64,000 bases of DNA from an uncultured Thermoleophilia bacterium (GCA_963715985.1 CAVQSP010000014.1:512001-576000), one strand, 5' to 3'; numbered from the stretch's first letter, positions 1-10,378 are shown. The notes: generated by a model from the letters alone, not told the origin. Translations and numbers: made by a program.

Positions 1-249
1 GTCAACAAGGTCGTGCCGCCGGAGGAGCTCAGGGAGGCCACGGAGAAGTTCGTGAGCGACCTCCTGCGCAACAGCCCGGCCATCCTCAAGATGGCCAAGA
101 TCGCCGTCAACAAGTCGCTGGAGACGCCGTTGTCGGTGGGCATGAGCTATGAGCGCGACCTCTTCGCGCTATGCTTCGGCACGGAGGACCAGAAGGAAGG
201 CGCCACAGCGTTCCTCGAGAAGAGGAAGCCCACCTACTCGGGCAGGTAG
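1..249 (+). CDS. Enoyl-CoA hydratase/isomerase (crotonase) family, C-terminal part (5' end outside window)
   Basis: Typical crotonase tail 'AILKMAKIAVN...GMSYERDLFALCFGTEDQKEGATAFLEKRKPTYSGR'. Confidence 0.9.
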   Translation, partial: VNKVVPPEELREATEKFVSDLLRNSPAILKMAKIAVNKSLETPLSVGMSYERDLFALCFGTEDQKEGATAFLEKRKPTYSGR

Positions 250-304
250 GTCCTGGCGGGCGAGGGCGACCCGGCGTGTGAAGGGGAGTCGGAGGAGGAC
301 TGTG

Positions 305-1177
305 ATGGCGAAGGACGATGTGGCCGGGTCGCGGCGCCGGGGAGGCCAGGCAGGGGGCGCCCGGCGCAGCGGCGAGGGCGGTGACTCGAGCATCGTGCGC
401 ACGCTGGCCTCGGGCATGGCTCTGCTGGGTCTGTTCGACGCCGAGCATCGCCAGTGGAGTCTGGACGAGATGGTGGCGCGCCTCGGGGTGTCGCGCATGA
501 CCGCCTACCGCATCGCGCGCACCTTCCAGAGCACCGGCCACCTCGTCAGCGATCCGGCGGCCGGCGGGTACCGTCTCGGGCCGGCCATGCTGGCGGGCAT
601 CTACCTGGCCGAGGGCTTCGCCCAGCTCGTCGAGGTCTCGCGGCCGTATCTCGAGTCGCTCGTGGATCAGACCGGGGAGCTGGCCGCCCTGGCGGTCGAG
701 CTCGACGGCATGGCCGTCTGCGCCGATCTCGTCGCGTCCGCCCGGCCCTTCGTCCTCGAGATCGCCGTAGGGCGTGTGATCGGCGACACCGCCAACGCGC
801 ACGGCAAGATGTTCGCGGCCATGAAGCCGGATGCCGAGCGTGCGCTCATCGCCGCACAGCCGCACAGGCGACTCACGGCAGCGACCATCACGGAGCCCGC
901 CGCGCTCGCCGCCGAGCTGGACAAGATCAGGGCGGAAGGGCTCGCCTGGGACTTCGAAGAGCACGACCTCGGCACCTGCGCGGTGGTCGCCCCGGTGCGC
1001 GACCAGACGGGAGCCGTCATCGCCACGCTCGGCGTCGTGGTCCCGACCGGTCGCTTCGGCGTCGAGGCGCGACAGGCCTGCGCGGACGCGGTGCGGGCTA
1101 CGGCCGCCGCGCTCTCGGAGTTCTACGGGTACGCACCGCGGGGCGGGCGGAGCAGGCCGGAACGCGACAACGCGTAG
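305..1177 (+). CDS. IclR family transcriptional regulator
   Basis: N-terminal HTH 'RTLASGMALLGLF...SRMTAYRIARTF...YRLGP'; C-terminal 'TANAHGK', 'EEHDLGTCAVVAPVRD'; GGAGG RBS upstream. Confidence 0.9.
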   Translation: MAKDDVAGSRRRGGQAGGARRSGEGGDSSIVRTLASGMALLGLFDAEHRQWSLDEMVARLGVSRMTAYRIARTFQSTGHLVSDPAAGGYRLGPAMLAGIYLAEGFAQLVEVSRPYLESLVDQTGELAALAVELDGMAVCADLVASARPFVLEIAVGRVIGDTANAHGKMFAAMKPDAERALIAAQPHRRLTAATITEPAALAAELDKIRAEGLAWDFEEHDLGTCAVVAPVRDQTGAVIATLGVVVPTGRFGVEARQACADAVRATAAALSEFYGYAPRGGRSRPERDNA

Positions 1178-1182
1178 TCTGC

Positions 1183-1210
1183 TTGTCAACATACGATATT
1201 CCAGTATCAT
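1183..1210 (+). promoter_or_regulatory. Putative sigma70 promoter (TTGTCA-N16-TATCAT) overlapped by the palindrome ACGATAT-TCCA-GTATCAT
   Basis: AT-rich patch upstream of the aminotransferase; same geometry recurs at 6713-6740. Confidence 0.5.
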
Positions 1211-1270
1211 AAGCGCATTCCGCCCGGATGACCGGCGGTCGTCGAGGATTTCACACAGCAAGGGGACGCC

Positions 1271-2656
1271 ATGACGAGCAGGGAAGCACGCGAAGCAGAA
1301 CTGGTGGAGCTGTCCTGGCCGGACGCGCCCAAGATGGTGACCGAGGTGCCGGGTCCCAGGGTCGTCGCACTCATGGAAGAGTCGGCCAAGTACGAGTCCT
1401 TCACGCGGGGCGGCGGCGGGTTCCCCGTCATCCTCGAGCAGGGCAAGGGCGTGACAGTCAAAGACGCCGACGGCAACCTCTACATCGACATGGCCGCAGG
1501 CGTGGCCGTCAACGCCGTGGGCCGCGCTCACCCGAAGGTGCTGGACGCCATCCGGCGGCAGTGCGACGTCATCATGCACACCACGGACATCACCAACCCC
1601 AAGCGGATCGAGCTGGCCAAGAAGGTCTCTTCGGTGATGCCGGAGGGTCTGGCGGGCAACTGTCACACGGCCGTGTATCAGGCCGGCAGCGACGCCGTCG
1701 AGACGGCCATCAAGTTCGCGAGGGCCTACACGGGGCGCTCGCAGATCGTCGCCTTCCACGGTGCCTACCACGGCGTGTGGATGGGCACCGCAGCGCTCAC
1801 CACGTCCTACAACTACCGCCACGGCTGGGGTCCGATGATGCCCGGCGTCATCCACCTGCCGTACGCCTACTGCTATCGCTGCCCCTTCGGCATGGAGTAC
1901 CCGGCCTGCGACCTGCAGTGCGGCAAGTACGTCGACCAGGTGCTCAACGGTCCCTACACGGGCGCCGACGACGTCGCCGCGGTGATCATCGAGTGCCAGC
2001 AGGGCGAGGGCGGTTACGTCGCCCCGCCGCCGGAGTTCCTCGAGGCGATCAAGGCCGCCTGCGAGAAGAACGGCTGCCTCTTCATCGCCGACGAGGTGCA
2101 GGCCGGCGCCGGGCGCACCGGCAAGATGTGGGCCGTCCAGTATTCGCACGTGGTCCCCGACATGCTCACGTGGGGCAAGGGCATGGGCGGCGACATGCCC
2201 ATGGCCGGGGTGACCTACCGCGCAGACATGGAGAGCGCCCTGCGCGAGGGCTCTCAGCCGAGCACCTTCGCCGGCAACGCCATGGGCTGCGAGGTCTGCA
2301 TGACGAACATCGACCTGATCACCGACCCGGAGACCGACCTCATCGGCAGGGCGGCGGAGCTGGGCGCGGAGATCAAGGGCACCTTCGTGGACGCGATGTC
2401 GAGCGTGAAGTGCATCGGCGACGTGCGCGGCAACGGGCTCATGATCGGCATCGAGGTGGTGGCCGACCAGAAGACCAAGGAGCCGCTCGGCGACAAGACC
2501 GGCGAGATCGCGATGAAGCTGCTCAACCGCGGCATCCTCATGACGCCGTGTGGGCGGCACGGCAACGTGTTCCGCTTCATGCCGCCGCTCACGGTGCCGC
2601 GCGACTACGCCGTGAAGGCCACCGAGATCATGCTCGATATCCTCAAGGAGTACTGA
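1271..2656 (+). CDS. Class III PLP aminotransferase (GabT/omega-amine type)
   Basis: 'DADGNLYID', 'GSDAVETAIK', 'FHGAYHG', 'FIADEVQAGAGRTG', PLP lysine in 'WGKGMGG'. Confidence 0.92.
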   Translation: MTSREAREAELVELSWPDAPKMVTEVPGPRVVALMEESAKYESFTRGGGGFPVILEQGKGVTVKDADGNLYIDMAAGVAVNAVGRAHPKVLDAIRRQCDVIMHTTDITNPKRIELAKKVSSVMPEGLAGNCHTAVYQAGSDAVETAIKFARAYTGRSQIVAFHGAYHGVWMGTAALTTSYNYRHGWGPMMPGVIHLPYAYCYRCPFGMEYPACDLQCGKYVDQVLNGPYTGADDVAAVIIECQQGEGGYVAPPPEFLEAIKAACEKNGCLFIADEVQAGAGRTGKMWAVQYSHVVPDMLTWGKGMGGDMPMAGVTYRADMESALREGSQPSTFAGNAMGCEVCMTNIDLITDPETDLIGRAAELGAEIKGTFVDAMSSVKCIGDVRGNGLMIGIEVVADQKTKEPLGDKTGEIAMKLLNRGILMTPCGRHGNVFRFMPPLTVPRDYAVKATEIMLDILKEY

Positions 2657-2758
2657 GGCCGCTCCGCGCTTCCAGTCTCATTCCGGCGGCAGGGCCCCAC
2701 GCTCGTGGCCCTGCCGCCGGATCACGTTGTCCCCCCAACACCCCTCAGGAGGGTCGTG

Positions 2759-3577
2759 ATGTCCGACGCGCTGCACTTCATCCAGGTCGGCGAGCTCGTC
2801 AAGGGGATCAGCGAGGGCACCCTGCCGCCCGCGGAAGAGCTGGCCGGGTCCTCTCTCGCCCTGTACGTCGAGGACGGGCGCGTGGTGCGACTCGCGTTCG
2901 CCGCTGGTGGGGGCCTCAGCTGGCAGGTCGAAGACGGCCCCGGAGCGGGCGAGCGCGGGGAGGAGCGGTGTCTCATCACGCGGCCTCGCGATGGCGTCTT
3001 CGTGGTCGACTACGTCAGCAGCACGCGTCAGGCCACATCGATGACGATCGTGCTCGACCTGCGGCGGCAGGCGGCGACGCTGGTCGCCGGCACGCTGCCC
3101 ACCGCAGAGGAGGCCGCGCGGGGCGCCTTCGCCCTCGCCACGGCGGGCGAGGAGCTCACGCTTGTGCGCTGCGAGATCGTCCGTGCCGCCATCGACCGCC
3201 CGTTCACCGCCGCGGACCACCCTCATGTGCCCACCGGCGAGCTCGTGGGCAAGCGCGTGCAGTACGTCTACAGCGCCACCGAGAAGTACGAGCACATCTA
3301 CCTCAACGAGAACCTGTACACCTGGCAGTGCCTCGAAGGGAGCGAGAAGGGTCTCGCCGACACCGACCGCTGCCACTACCGCAGGATCGCGGACGACCTC
3401 TACCTCTTCGTGTGGCGCGAGAAGGTCATCCCCACGCTCGGCGTCGTCATGGTGGACTGGCGTGAGAAGCGCTCCAACGGCAAGCTGTTCGGCTACGAGT
3501 CCAGCGACTTCGGCGCCCTCTCCAACACGCCCATCGCCTCCGTGGCCACGCTGCTCAACGTCACGACCTACGTCTGA
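2759..3577 (+). CDS. MoaF-family protein (two lipocalin/phenolic acid decarboxylase-like beta-barrels)
   Basis: 'HVPTGELVGKRVQYVYSATEKYEHIYLNENLYTWQCLEGSEKGLADTDRC...LYLFVWREKVIPTLG'; AGGAGG RBS. Confidence 0.8.
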   Translation: MSDALHFIQVGELVKGISEGTLPPAEELAGSSLALYVEDGRVVRLAFAAGGGLSWQVEDGPGAGERGEERCLITRPRDGVFVVDYVSSTRQATSMTIVLDLRRQAATLVAGTLPTAEEAARGAFALATAGEELTLVRCEIVRAAIDRPFTAADHPHVPTGELVGKRVQYVYSATEKYEHIYLNENLYTWQCLEGSEKGLADTDRCHYRRIADDLYLFVWREKVIPTLGVVMVDWREKRSNGKLFGYESSDFGALSNTPIASVATLLNVTTYV

Positions 3578-3696
3578 CCAGGGCCGGGCTCGTGCCACGC
3601 CTCGCGGCACGTACCCCAAGGGGTTGTCAGGTCGCCCTTCCTGCGGTACGTTCCTGCCTTCACGCATTTGCACTATCGCGGGCGAGAGAATTGGCC

Positions 3697-3723
3697 CAAA
3701 TGGCCAACAGCTAGCCATTTGAT
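3697..3723. promoter_or_regulatory. Inverted repeat CAAATGGC-N9-GCCATTTG, candidate operator
   Basis: 8-bp inverted repeat in an AT-richer intergenic patch; TAGCCATTT also matches the reverse complement of 28650-28658. Confidence 0.35.
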
Positions 3724-3955
3724 GCGGGCGGCGCAGGGCGCCGGCCGCGAGCGGACGAAAGGAGCCGGCACCCGAGACGATCGTGACCTCGCGAGCAGCG
3801 GCCCGTGTCTGTCGCAGCCCGCGTCCCGGGGTCGTGGGGCCGGGGGACGTGCGGCGTGGCAGCAACGACCACGGGGCGTCGTCGCGTCCAGCATGTGCAG
3901 TGCTTCTGAGCGGCAAGCGCAGCTCTACTGACAGCTTTCTAGGGGGACTGAGACT

Positions 3956-5188
3956 ATGCAGAAGAGAGTCGTCTTCATCATCCTGGCGCTCGTGCTCGCG
4001 GTCGGCGTACTCGTGATCGGGGCGTGCGGCGGATCGTCCGGGGACACCGGGGCTCGCGACGAATCGTCCTCACCCGCGCCGGCGGCCACCGGCGAGCCGC
4101 TCAAGATCGGCTTCAACGAAGGCTTCAGTGGCTTCATGGCGGTGGACGCCCAGCTCACCGAGCACGGCATCAAGGTGGCGCTGGAGGAGGTCGGCAACCA
4201 GTGGATGGGCCGGCCCATCGAGTACTTCAAGGCCGACAACGCCTCCGACCCGGTCCAGGCCGTGGACAAGGCGCGCCAGCTCGTGGAGAGTGACGGGATC
4301 CAGGTCATGCTCGGGCCGATCTTCTCGCCCTCGAACGCCGCGGTCACCGACTACCTCGCCAAGGCCGGCGGGATCCCCTCCATCTCGATCTTCGGCCAGC
4401 CCACGGTCAACCTCAAGACCGCCAACTACCTGTCGTTCATCCCGGCCGGCATGTTCTCGATGGACGGCTACGTGCTCGGCAAGTACGCCTCCGAGACGCT
4501 CGGCTACAAGACCGCCAACGCCATCAGCCTCGAGGACACGACCGGGCACGAGCTCATGAAGGGCTTCCAGACCGGCTTCGAGGAGGGCGGCGGCAAGATC
4601 GTCAGCAACCAGTTCGTGCCGATCGACACGGTGGACTTCAGCTCGTACCTGACCACGCTCAAGCCGGCGGACTGCACCTACAACTGGATCTTCGGCAACG
4701 GCACCGGGCCGTTCATCAAGCAGTACCACGACTACGGCCTCACGGCGCCGCTCGTCCTCACCATGGCCGACGACCTGCAGGAGCCGACCATGCAGGAGCT
4801 CGGCGACATGGCCCTCGGCATCATCGGCGAGGACCACTACCTGTCGACGATGGACAACGAGCTGAACAAGAAGTTCGTCGCCGAGTACGAGGCGATGTGG
4901 CCGGGCGAGCTGCCCAACATGGACTCCTACGGCGGGTACACCGCCGTGATGATGTTCCTCGAGGCCGTCAAGCAGACCAACGGCGACACCTCGCCCGAGG
5001 CGCTCAAGAAGGTGCTGGCGACGCTCAGCATGGACACGCCGAGCGGCAAGATAACGATGTCGGCCTACGACACGGCGTTCATCGGCACCGGCGACCTCGC
5101 CATCTGCGAGACCGAGCTCGTGGACGGCAACTACCGCTGGATGCCCGTCTACACGTACGAGCAGATCCTGTTCGAGAATCCGTGGTGA
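3956..5188 (+). CDS. LivK-type ABC substrate-binding lipoprotein (aromatic acid-binding subgroup likely)
   Basis: Lipobox VIGA-C; 'EPLKIG', 'GRPIEYFKADNASDP', 'VDFSSYL'. Confidence 0.9.
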   Translation: MQKRVVFIILALVLAVGVLVIGACGGSSGDTGARDESSSPAPAATGEPLKIGFNEGFSGFMAVDAQLTEHGIKVALEEVGNQWMGRPIEYFKADNASDPVQAVDKARQLVESDGIQVMLGPIFSPSNAAVTDYLAKAGGIPSISIFGQPTVNLKTANYLSFIPAGMFSMDGYVLGKYASETLGYKTANAISLEDTTGHELMKGFQTGFEEGGGKIVSNQFVPIDTVDFSSYLTTLKPADCTYNWIFGNGTGPFIKQYHDYGLTAPLVLTMADDLQEPTMQELGDMALGIIGEDHYLSTMDNELNKKFVAEYEAMWPGELPNMDSYGGYTAVMMFLEAVKQTNGDTSPEALKKVLATLSMDTPSGKITMSAYDTAFIGTGDLAICETELVDGNYRWMPVYTYEQILFENPW

Positions 5189-5251
5189 GCGGGAGGCGCG
5201 GGATGACCGAGCCTGGTCCGCCCGCACCGTGATCTGGTGAAGACGCAGTGA

Positions 5252-5285
5252 GGGGAGGGCCGCGGCCGGCGCCGCGGCCCTCCCC
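5252..5285. terminator. Perfect 15-bp GC hairpin after the binding-protein gene (terminator or mRNA stabiliser)
   Basis: GGGGAGGGCCGCGGC-CGGC-GCCGCGGCCCTCCCC; no U-tract. Confidence 0.5.
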
Positions 5286-5409
5286 GTGTGAGGGCGCAGC
5301 GCTGCGGTCGCGACTCCGGTCGTGAGGCCGCCGTGAGCCCATCGACCTCAAGGAGCGCCGGCGTCACGATGCCTCCGCGTCGGGCGCAGGAGGTGAAAGG
5401 AGCCCAGCC

Positions 5410-6582
5410 GTGTCCAGTGCTCTTCCCGGTCTCGAGTTCTTGTCGCCCGCGCGCTTCATCTTCGGCTTCGGCACCTGCGCGCGCCTCGCGGCAGAGGTGC
5501 GGGCGCTGGGCGGCACCAAGGCGCTGGTGGTGACCAAGAAGTCGATGGTGGAGCGCGGCGACGTGGCGCCCGCCTTCCGCTCGCTGGACGAGGGGCGCGT
5601 CCCGTATGCCGTCTACGACGGCATCCAGCCGGACGCGCCCATCGGGCTCGTGGACGAGGCCCTGGCCGTGCTGAGGGCGGAGGGCTGCGACCTGGTCATC
5701 GGTCTCGGCGGCGGCAGCGCCATGGACATCGCCAAGTGCGTCGCCGTCGCCGCCACCAACGACGTGGGCCTGCGCGACATGCTGGGCCACGGGCGGGTGC
5801 CGCGACGGGGCCTGCCCAAGATCGTGGTGTCCACCACGCACGTGGCGGGCGCCGACACCGGCTCCGCAGCCGTGCTCCAGATCGACGCGCACACGCACGA
5901 GCACGGCGTGGTGGACAGCCCGTTCCTGCTCGCCGACGTGGTCCTCAACGACCCCGAGCTCACGCTGACGATGGGCGCCGAGGCCACCGTGGACACCTGC
6001 CTGGACACGCTGGTGACCGGCATCGAGTGCCTCACGGGGAGGCAGGCGAACCTCCTGTCCGACTTCTACAGCGAGAGCATCCTGAGGATCTGCGCCAGGT
6101 ACATGCCGGTCGTGGTCGCCGACGGCGCCGATCGCGAGGCGCGCTACAACCTGGCGCTGGCCGCGAGCATGGGTGGCTGGGCGTACATGAGCTCGTTCAT
6201 CGGCGCCGTGCACGGCATCTCGTACGGTGTGGCCGCAGTGTGCGAGCTGACGCACGGCCGGTCCATGGCGGCCATCCTGCCGGCCGTGATGCGCTACAAC
6301 CTGCAGACGCGTCCGGCGCCCTTCGTGCGCATCGCCGACATCCTGGGCGCGCGAGCGCCCGAAGTGGCGGACTTCAAGGTCGCCAGGCTCTCGGTGGTGG
6401 CGGTGGAGGAGCTGCTCGACAGCGTCGGCGTCGCGCATCGCCTGCGCGACTACGGGCTGGCGCGCGAGCAGATCGGTGAGGTCGCGGACCTCGCCTGGGC
6501 ACAGATCGACGACTTCCTGGAGTCCAACGCCCGACCCTTCGGTAGGGCGGAGGTCGAGGGCATCCTGGGCGAGGCGTACTGA
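5410..6582 (+). CDS. Iron-containing alcohol dehydrogenase
   Basis: 'IGLGGGSAMDIAK', 'GAVHGISY', 'THGRSMA'; GTG start after AAGGAG. Confidence 0.9.
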   Translation: MSSALPGLEFLSPARFIFGFGTCARLAAEVRALGGTKALVVTKKSMVERGDVAPAFRSLDEGRVPYAVYDGIQPDAPIGLVDEALAVLRAEGCDLVIGLGGGSAMDIAKCVAVAATNDVGLRDMLGHGRVPRRGLPKIVVSTTHVAGADTGSAAVLQIDAHTHEHGVVDSPFLLADVVLNDPELTLTMGAEATVDTCLDTLVTGIECLTGRQANLLSDFYSESILRICARYMPVVVADGADREARYNLALAASMGGWAYMSSFIGAVHGISYGVAAVCELTHGRSMAAILPAVMRYNLQTRPAPFVRIADILGARAPEVADFKVARLSVVAVEELLDSVGVAHRLRDYGLAREQIGEVADLAWAQIDDFLESNARPFGRAEVEGILGEAY

Positions 6583-6712
6583 TGCGGGACCGGCCCTCTG
6601 AAACGCCGATATCACGTGTCGTGCAGTCTCGCTCTTGGGCACGCGCACAGTCAGGCGGGGCGGCGTAAGGGGCGTCTCCAGGACGGAGGCGGGGGGCCGG
6701 CAAGGAATCCTC

Positions 6713-6740
6713 TTGCAATCATGTGATATCGCTATATCAT
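6713..6740 (+). promoter_or_regulatory. Putative promoter (TTGCAA-N16-TATCAT) with palindrome GTGATAT-CGCT-ATATCAT
   Basis: Same palindrome type and spacing as 1183-1210; upstream of the liv operon. Confidence 0.5.
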
Positions 6741-6973
6741 TCCTCGTCGAAGCGTTGCAGAAACGGGCCGGCTCCGCTCCAGTACGGCCAGCGGAACGTG
6801 TCAGAATGTGCGGCGCAAGGTGAAGGACGGCCCGCCTCTTCGTGGACGAGGCGGCAGGCGCCGGCCACACAGCAGCGTGCAGGAGGTGGATGCCAGGTCC
6901 AGGACGTTGACCGTGCCAGCCGGCACGCTGCCGGATCATTGACGGAGTGCTCGTCTCGACGCTAGGGGGGCGT

Positions 6974-7834
6974 GTGAGCACCTTCACCATCACGACGCTG
7001 AACGGCGTTTCCTACGCGTTCATCCTGTTCCTGCTCGCCGCGGGATTCTCCCTGACGTTCGGCGTCATGGGGGTCATCAACCTCGCTCACGGCGCCCTCT
7101 ACATGATGGGGGCGTACTTCGGCCTCGCGATGCTGAGCAGGCTCGACACCTTCTGGCTCGGCGTCGTCGTCGCCGCCATCGGGACCGGCCTCATCGGGCT
7201 GGGCATCTACTACTTCTTCCTGCGCCACCTGTACGGCAAGGTGCCCGAACAGGCGGTCCTCACGATCGGCTTGAGTTACGCCTTCGCGAACATCGTCCTG
7301 TGGGTCTGGGGCCCGTTCGCGAAGATGGGCATGACGCCGTCGCTGTTCACCGGGGTGGTGCGCGTGGGGACCCTCGCGTTTCCCATCTACCGGCTGTTCA
7401 TCATCGGCATCGGGCTGGTGGTCCTGGCCGTGCTGTGGTGGATGCAGGACAAGACGCGCGTGGGCGCCATCATCCGCGCGGGCATGGACAACAAGGAGAT
7501 GACGCGCAGCCTGGGCATCAACTACGGGCTCGTCAGCACCTTGGTCTTCCTGTTCGGCGCCGCCCTCGCCGGCTTCGCCGGCATGCTGGGGGCGCCCATC
7601 CTCGGCGCCTTCCCCTCCATGGGCGATGCGCTCCTCCTGCTGACCCTCATGGTCGTGGTTGTCGGCGGCACCGGCTACATCCAGGGCACGATGCTCGGCG
7701 CCCTCGTCATCGGGCTGCTGGATACGTTCGGCAAGGCGTACGTGCCGCAGGTCGCCCTGTTCACCTCCTATGTGGTCTTCCTCGTCGTCCTGCTCGTCCG
7801 GCCCAGCGGCCTCATCGGCCGCAAGGTGTTCTGA
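6974..7834 (+). CDS. livH: Branched-chain amino acid-type ABC permease LivH
   Basis: 'LAAGFSLTFGVMGVINLAHGALYMMGAY', 'TRVGAIIRA', 'VVVVGG'. Confidence 0.9.
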   Translation: MSTFTITTLNGVSYAFILFLLAAGFSLTFGVMGVINLAHGALYMMGAYFGLAMLSRLDTFWLGVVVAAIGTGLIGLGIYYFFLRHLYGKVPEQAVLTIGLSYAFANIVLWVWGPFAKMGMTPSLFTGVVRVGTLAFPIYRLFIIGIGLVVLAVLWWMQDKTRVGAIIRAGMDNKEMTRSLGINYGLVSTLVFLFGAALAGFAGMLGAPILGAFPSMGDALLLLTLMVVVVGGTGYIQGTMLGALVIGLLDTFGKAYVPQVALFTSYVVFLVVLLVRPSGLIGRKVF

Positions 7835-8900
7835 TGGCTGCGCAAGCCGAGACCCAGCTTCTTGATGGGCAGCCTCTTCACCCGCAAGGCGGTGGCCGCG
7901 CAGGGGAAGAGGACGCCGGCCTCGTGGCTGACGACCCTGCTGCCGGTCATCGTCATCGCCGTCCTGCTCCTGCTGCTGCCGACCTTCGTGCCGTCGTACA
8001 TCCAGAGCCTCGTGACCAAGATGATGATCTTCGCGCTCTTCGGCGTGAGCATGAACATCCTGTGGGGGTACGGCGGCATCCCGACCTTCGGCCATGCCGC
8101 CTTCTTCGGCTTCGGCGGCTACTGCTGCGGCATCCTCATCGTGCACGGCGGCATCAGCAACTTCTGGGCTGAACCTCATCCTCGCCATCCTCCTCACTGC
8201 GCTGCTCGCCGCCGGCCTGGGCATCCCGGCCTTCCGCGTGTATGGCGTGGGAGCGTCGGACAACCCCATCTACTTCCTGCTGGTCACACTGGCCTTCGGA
8301 GAGCTCCTGGTGCGCGTGGCGATCTCGGCCCGCTCGCTCACGGGAGGCTCCACCGGGCTGGCGGGCATCCCGTATCCGCAGCTCGGCATACCCGGCGTCA
8401 CCATCGACTCGCAGAGCTTCTACTTCCTTGTGTTCGGCATCGTCGTGGTGTGCCTGCTCCTCATCTACAGGCTGTACAACTCGCACTATGGCTACGCCAT
8501 GCGCGGCATCCACGACAACGAGCGCCGCATGCAGGCGCTGGGCTACAACACGTGGATGTACAAGTACACGTCGTACATCATCGCCGGCGCGTTCGGCGGC
8601 ATCGCCGGCGTGCTGTTCGCCTACTTCGGCGGCGTCATGGTCCCCGCCAACATGGGCATGGCGATGACCGACATCGTCTTCCTCATCGTGATCCTGGGCA
8701 GCGCTTCGGTCTATCTCGGGCCCATCGTCGGCGCCGTCGTCGTGGTCGGCGTCGAGTATCTTGCGAGCCTGTATGCGCCCGACCGCAACCCGCTCATCAT
8801 GGGCGCCATCATCGTGTTCGTCATCATGGTGATCCCGCAGGGTATCGGCGTGATGCTCCTCAACCTGTGGAGGAGGCTGATCCGTGGCAGCGCTTCTTGA
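7834..8900 (+). CDS. livM: ABC permease LivM (frameshifts near 7855 and 8168)
   Basis: 'NILWGYGGIPTFGHAAFFG' continues in another frame as 'YFLLVTLAFGE...TGGSTG...MRGIHDNERRMQALG'. Confidence 0.85.
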
Positions 8901-9648
8901 GGTACAGGGTCTCTCTGTGCACTTCGGCGGCCTTGCCGCCGTCAAGGACGTGACCTTCGACGTGGAGCAGGGTGAGCGCCTGGCCATGATCGGCCCCAAC
9001 GGGGCCGGCAAGACCACGCTCTTCAACCTGCTCACCGGGCAGCTCAAGCCGTCCGGCGGCACGGTGAGGTTCAAGGGCAAGGACATCACGCACGCAGCAG
9101 TCTACGCGCGCACACAGCTCGGCATCGCGCGCTCCTTCCAGATCACGAGCTTGTTCCCCAACGAGACCGTGCGGGTCAACGCGCTCCTCGGCCTGCAGGG
9201 CACGAGCGCAGGCCGGTATCGCGTGTGGGGCGTCTTCAACAGGGACAAAGCGCTGCGCGCCGCGGCGCAGGAGCTGCTGGAGTCCATCGAGCTCTGGGAC
9301 AAGCGGGACGAGGCCGTAAGCTCGCTGGCCTACGGCGAGCAGCGCAAGCTGGAGATGGGCCTCAGCCTCGCGAGCGATCCCGAGCTGCTGCTCCTGGACG
9401 AGCCGAGCTGCGGGCTCACGCCCACGGAGAGCGCGGACATCACCTCGCGCATCCGCGACCTCGGCGCCAAGATCACCGTGCTCATGATCGCCCACGACAT
9501 GGACCTGGTCTTCGGCGTGGCCGAGCGCATCATCCTGCTGCACTACGGCGAGATCTCCGCCGAGGGCACCTGCGACGAGATCCGCGCCAATCAGACGGTC
9601 AAGGACATCTACATGGGATCCCACAAGCACAAGACCCGGGACGCGTGA
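8884..9648 (+). CDS. livG: ABC ATPase LivG
   Basis: 'FGGLAAV', Walker A GPNGAGKT, 'LAYGEQR', 'LLLDEP'. Confidence 0.92.
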   Translation: MAALLEVQGLSVHFGGLAAVKDVTFDVEQGERLAMIGPNGAGKTTLFNLLTGQLKPSGGTVRFKGKDITHAAVYARTQLGIARSFQITSLFPNETVRVNALLGLQGTSAGRYRVWGVFNRDKALRAAAQELLESIELWDKRDEAVSSLAYGEQRKLEMGLSLASDPELLLLDEPSCGLTPTESADITSRIRDLGAKITVLMIAHDMDLVFGVAERIILLHYGEISAEGTCDEIRANQTVKDIYMGSHKHKTRDA

Positions 9649-9655
9649 GCGGGCC

Positions 9656-10378
9656 ATGCTGGAGATCAAGGACATCCACACCTGGTACGGCGACAGCTAC
9701 GTGCTGCAGGGCGTCTCACTCGAGGTGAAGGACGCCACCGTGGTGGCCCTCCTGGGCCGCAACGGCATGGGCAAGACCACCACGATCCGCTCCATCATGG
9801 GGCTGACGCCGCCCAAGAAGGGCAGCATCGTCTTCAACGGCAAGGAGACGGTGGGCATGCCGTCCTACGAGATCGCGCGGCTGGGGATCGGACTCGTCCC
9901 GCAGGGCCGGATGATCTTCCCGTCACTCTCGGTGAACGAGAACCTCACGATGGCGGCGCGGAACACCGCCGGCAAGCAGGATGCGTGGACGCTGGACAAG
10001 GTGTTCACCGTGTTCCCCAAGCTCAAGGAGCGCCAGAAGAACAAGGGCAACCTGCTCAGCGGCGGCGAGCAGCAGATGCTCTGCATCGCGCGGGCGCTGA
10101 TGACGAACCCCGACCTCATCCTGCTTGACGAGCCGTCGGAGGGTCTCGCGCCGATCGTGGTCCAGGAGGTGTTCCGGGTCATCGAGCAGCTCAAGGCCGC
10201 GGGGCAGTCGATCCTGCTCGTGGAACAGGACTTCGCCATGGCCATGGACGTGGCCGATCACGCCTTCATCATGAGCAAGGGCTCAGTGGTATGGGACGGC
10301 ACCGCCGACGAGCTTGTCGACAACGAGAAGGTCAAGGCCACGTACCTCGGCGTCGGGGACGAGGCCGAGGAGTGCTAG
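9656..10378 (+). CDS. livF: ABC ATPase LivF
   Basis: GRNGMGKT, LSGGEQQM, LLDEPSEG. Confidence 0.92.
   Translation: MLEIKDIHTWYGDSYVLQGVSLEVKDATVVALLGRNGMGKTTTIRSIMGLTPPKKGSIVFNGKETVGMPSYEIARLGIGLVPQGRMIFPSLSVNENLTMAARNTAGKQDAWTLDKVFTVFPKLKERQKNKGNLLSGGEQQMLCIARALMTNPDLILLDEPSEGLAPIVVQEVFRVIEQLKAAGQSILLVEQDFAMAMDVADHAFIMSKGSVVWDGTADELVDNEKVKATYLGVGDEAEEC

Noticed and set aside
2759-3577. MoaF as a molybdenum cofactor biosynthesis gene serving the Mo enzymes
   Set aside because: The name derives from the monoamine regulon; no established Moco role and no other Moco genes in the window
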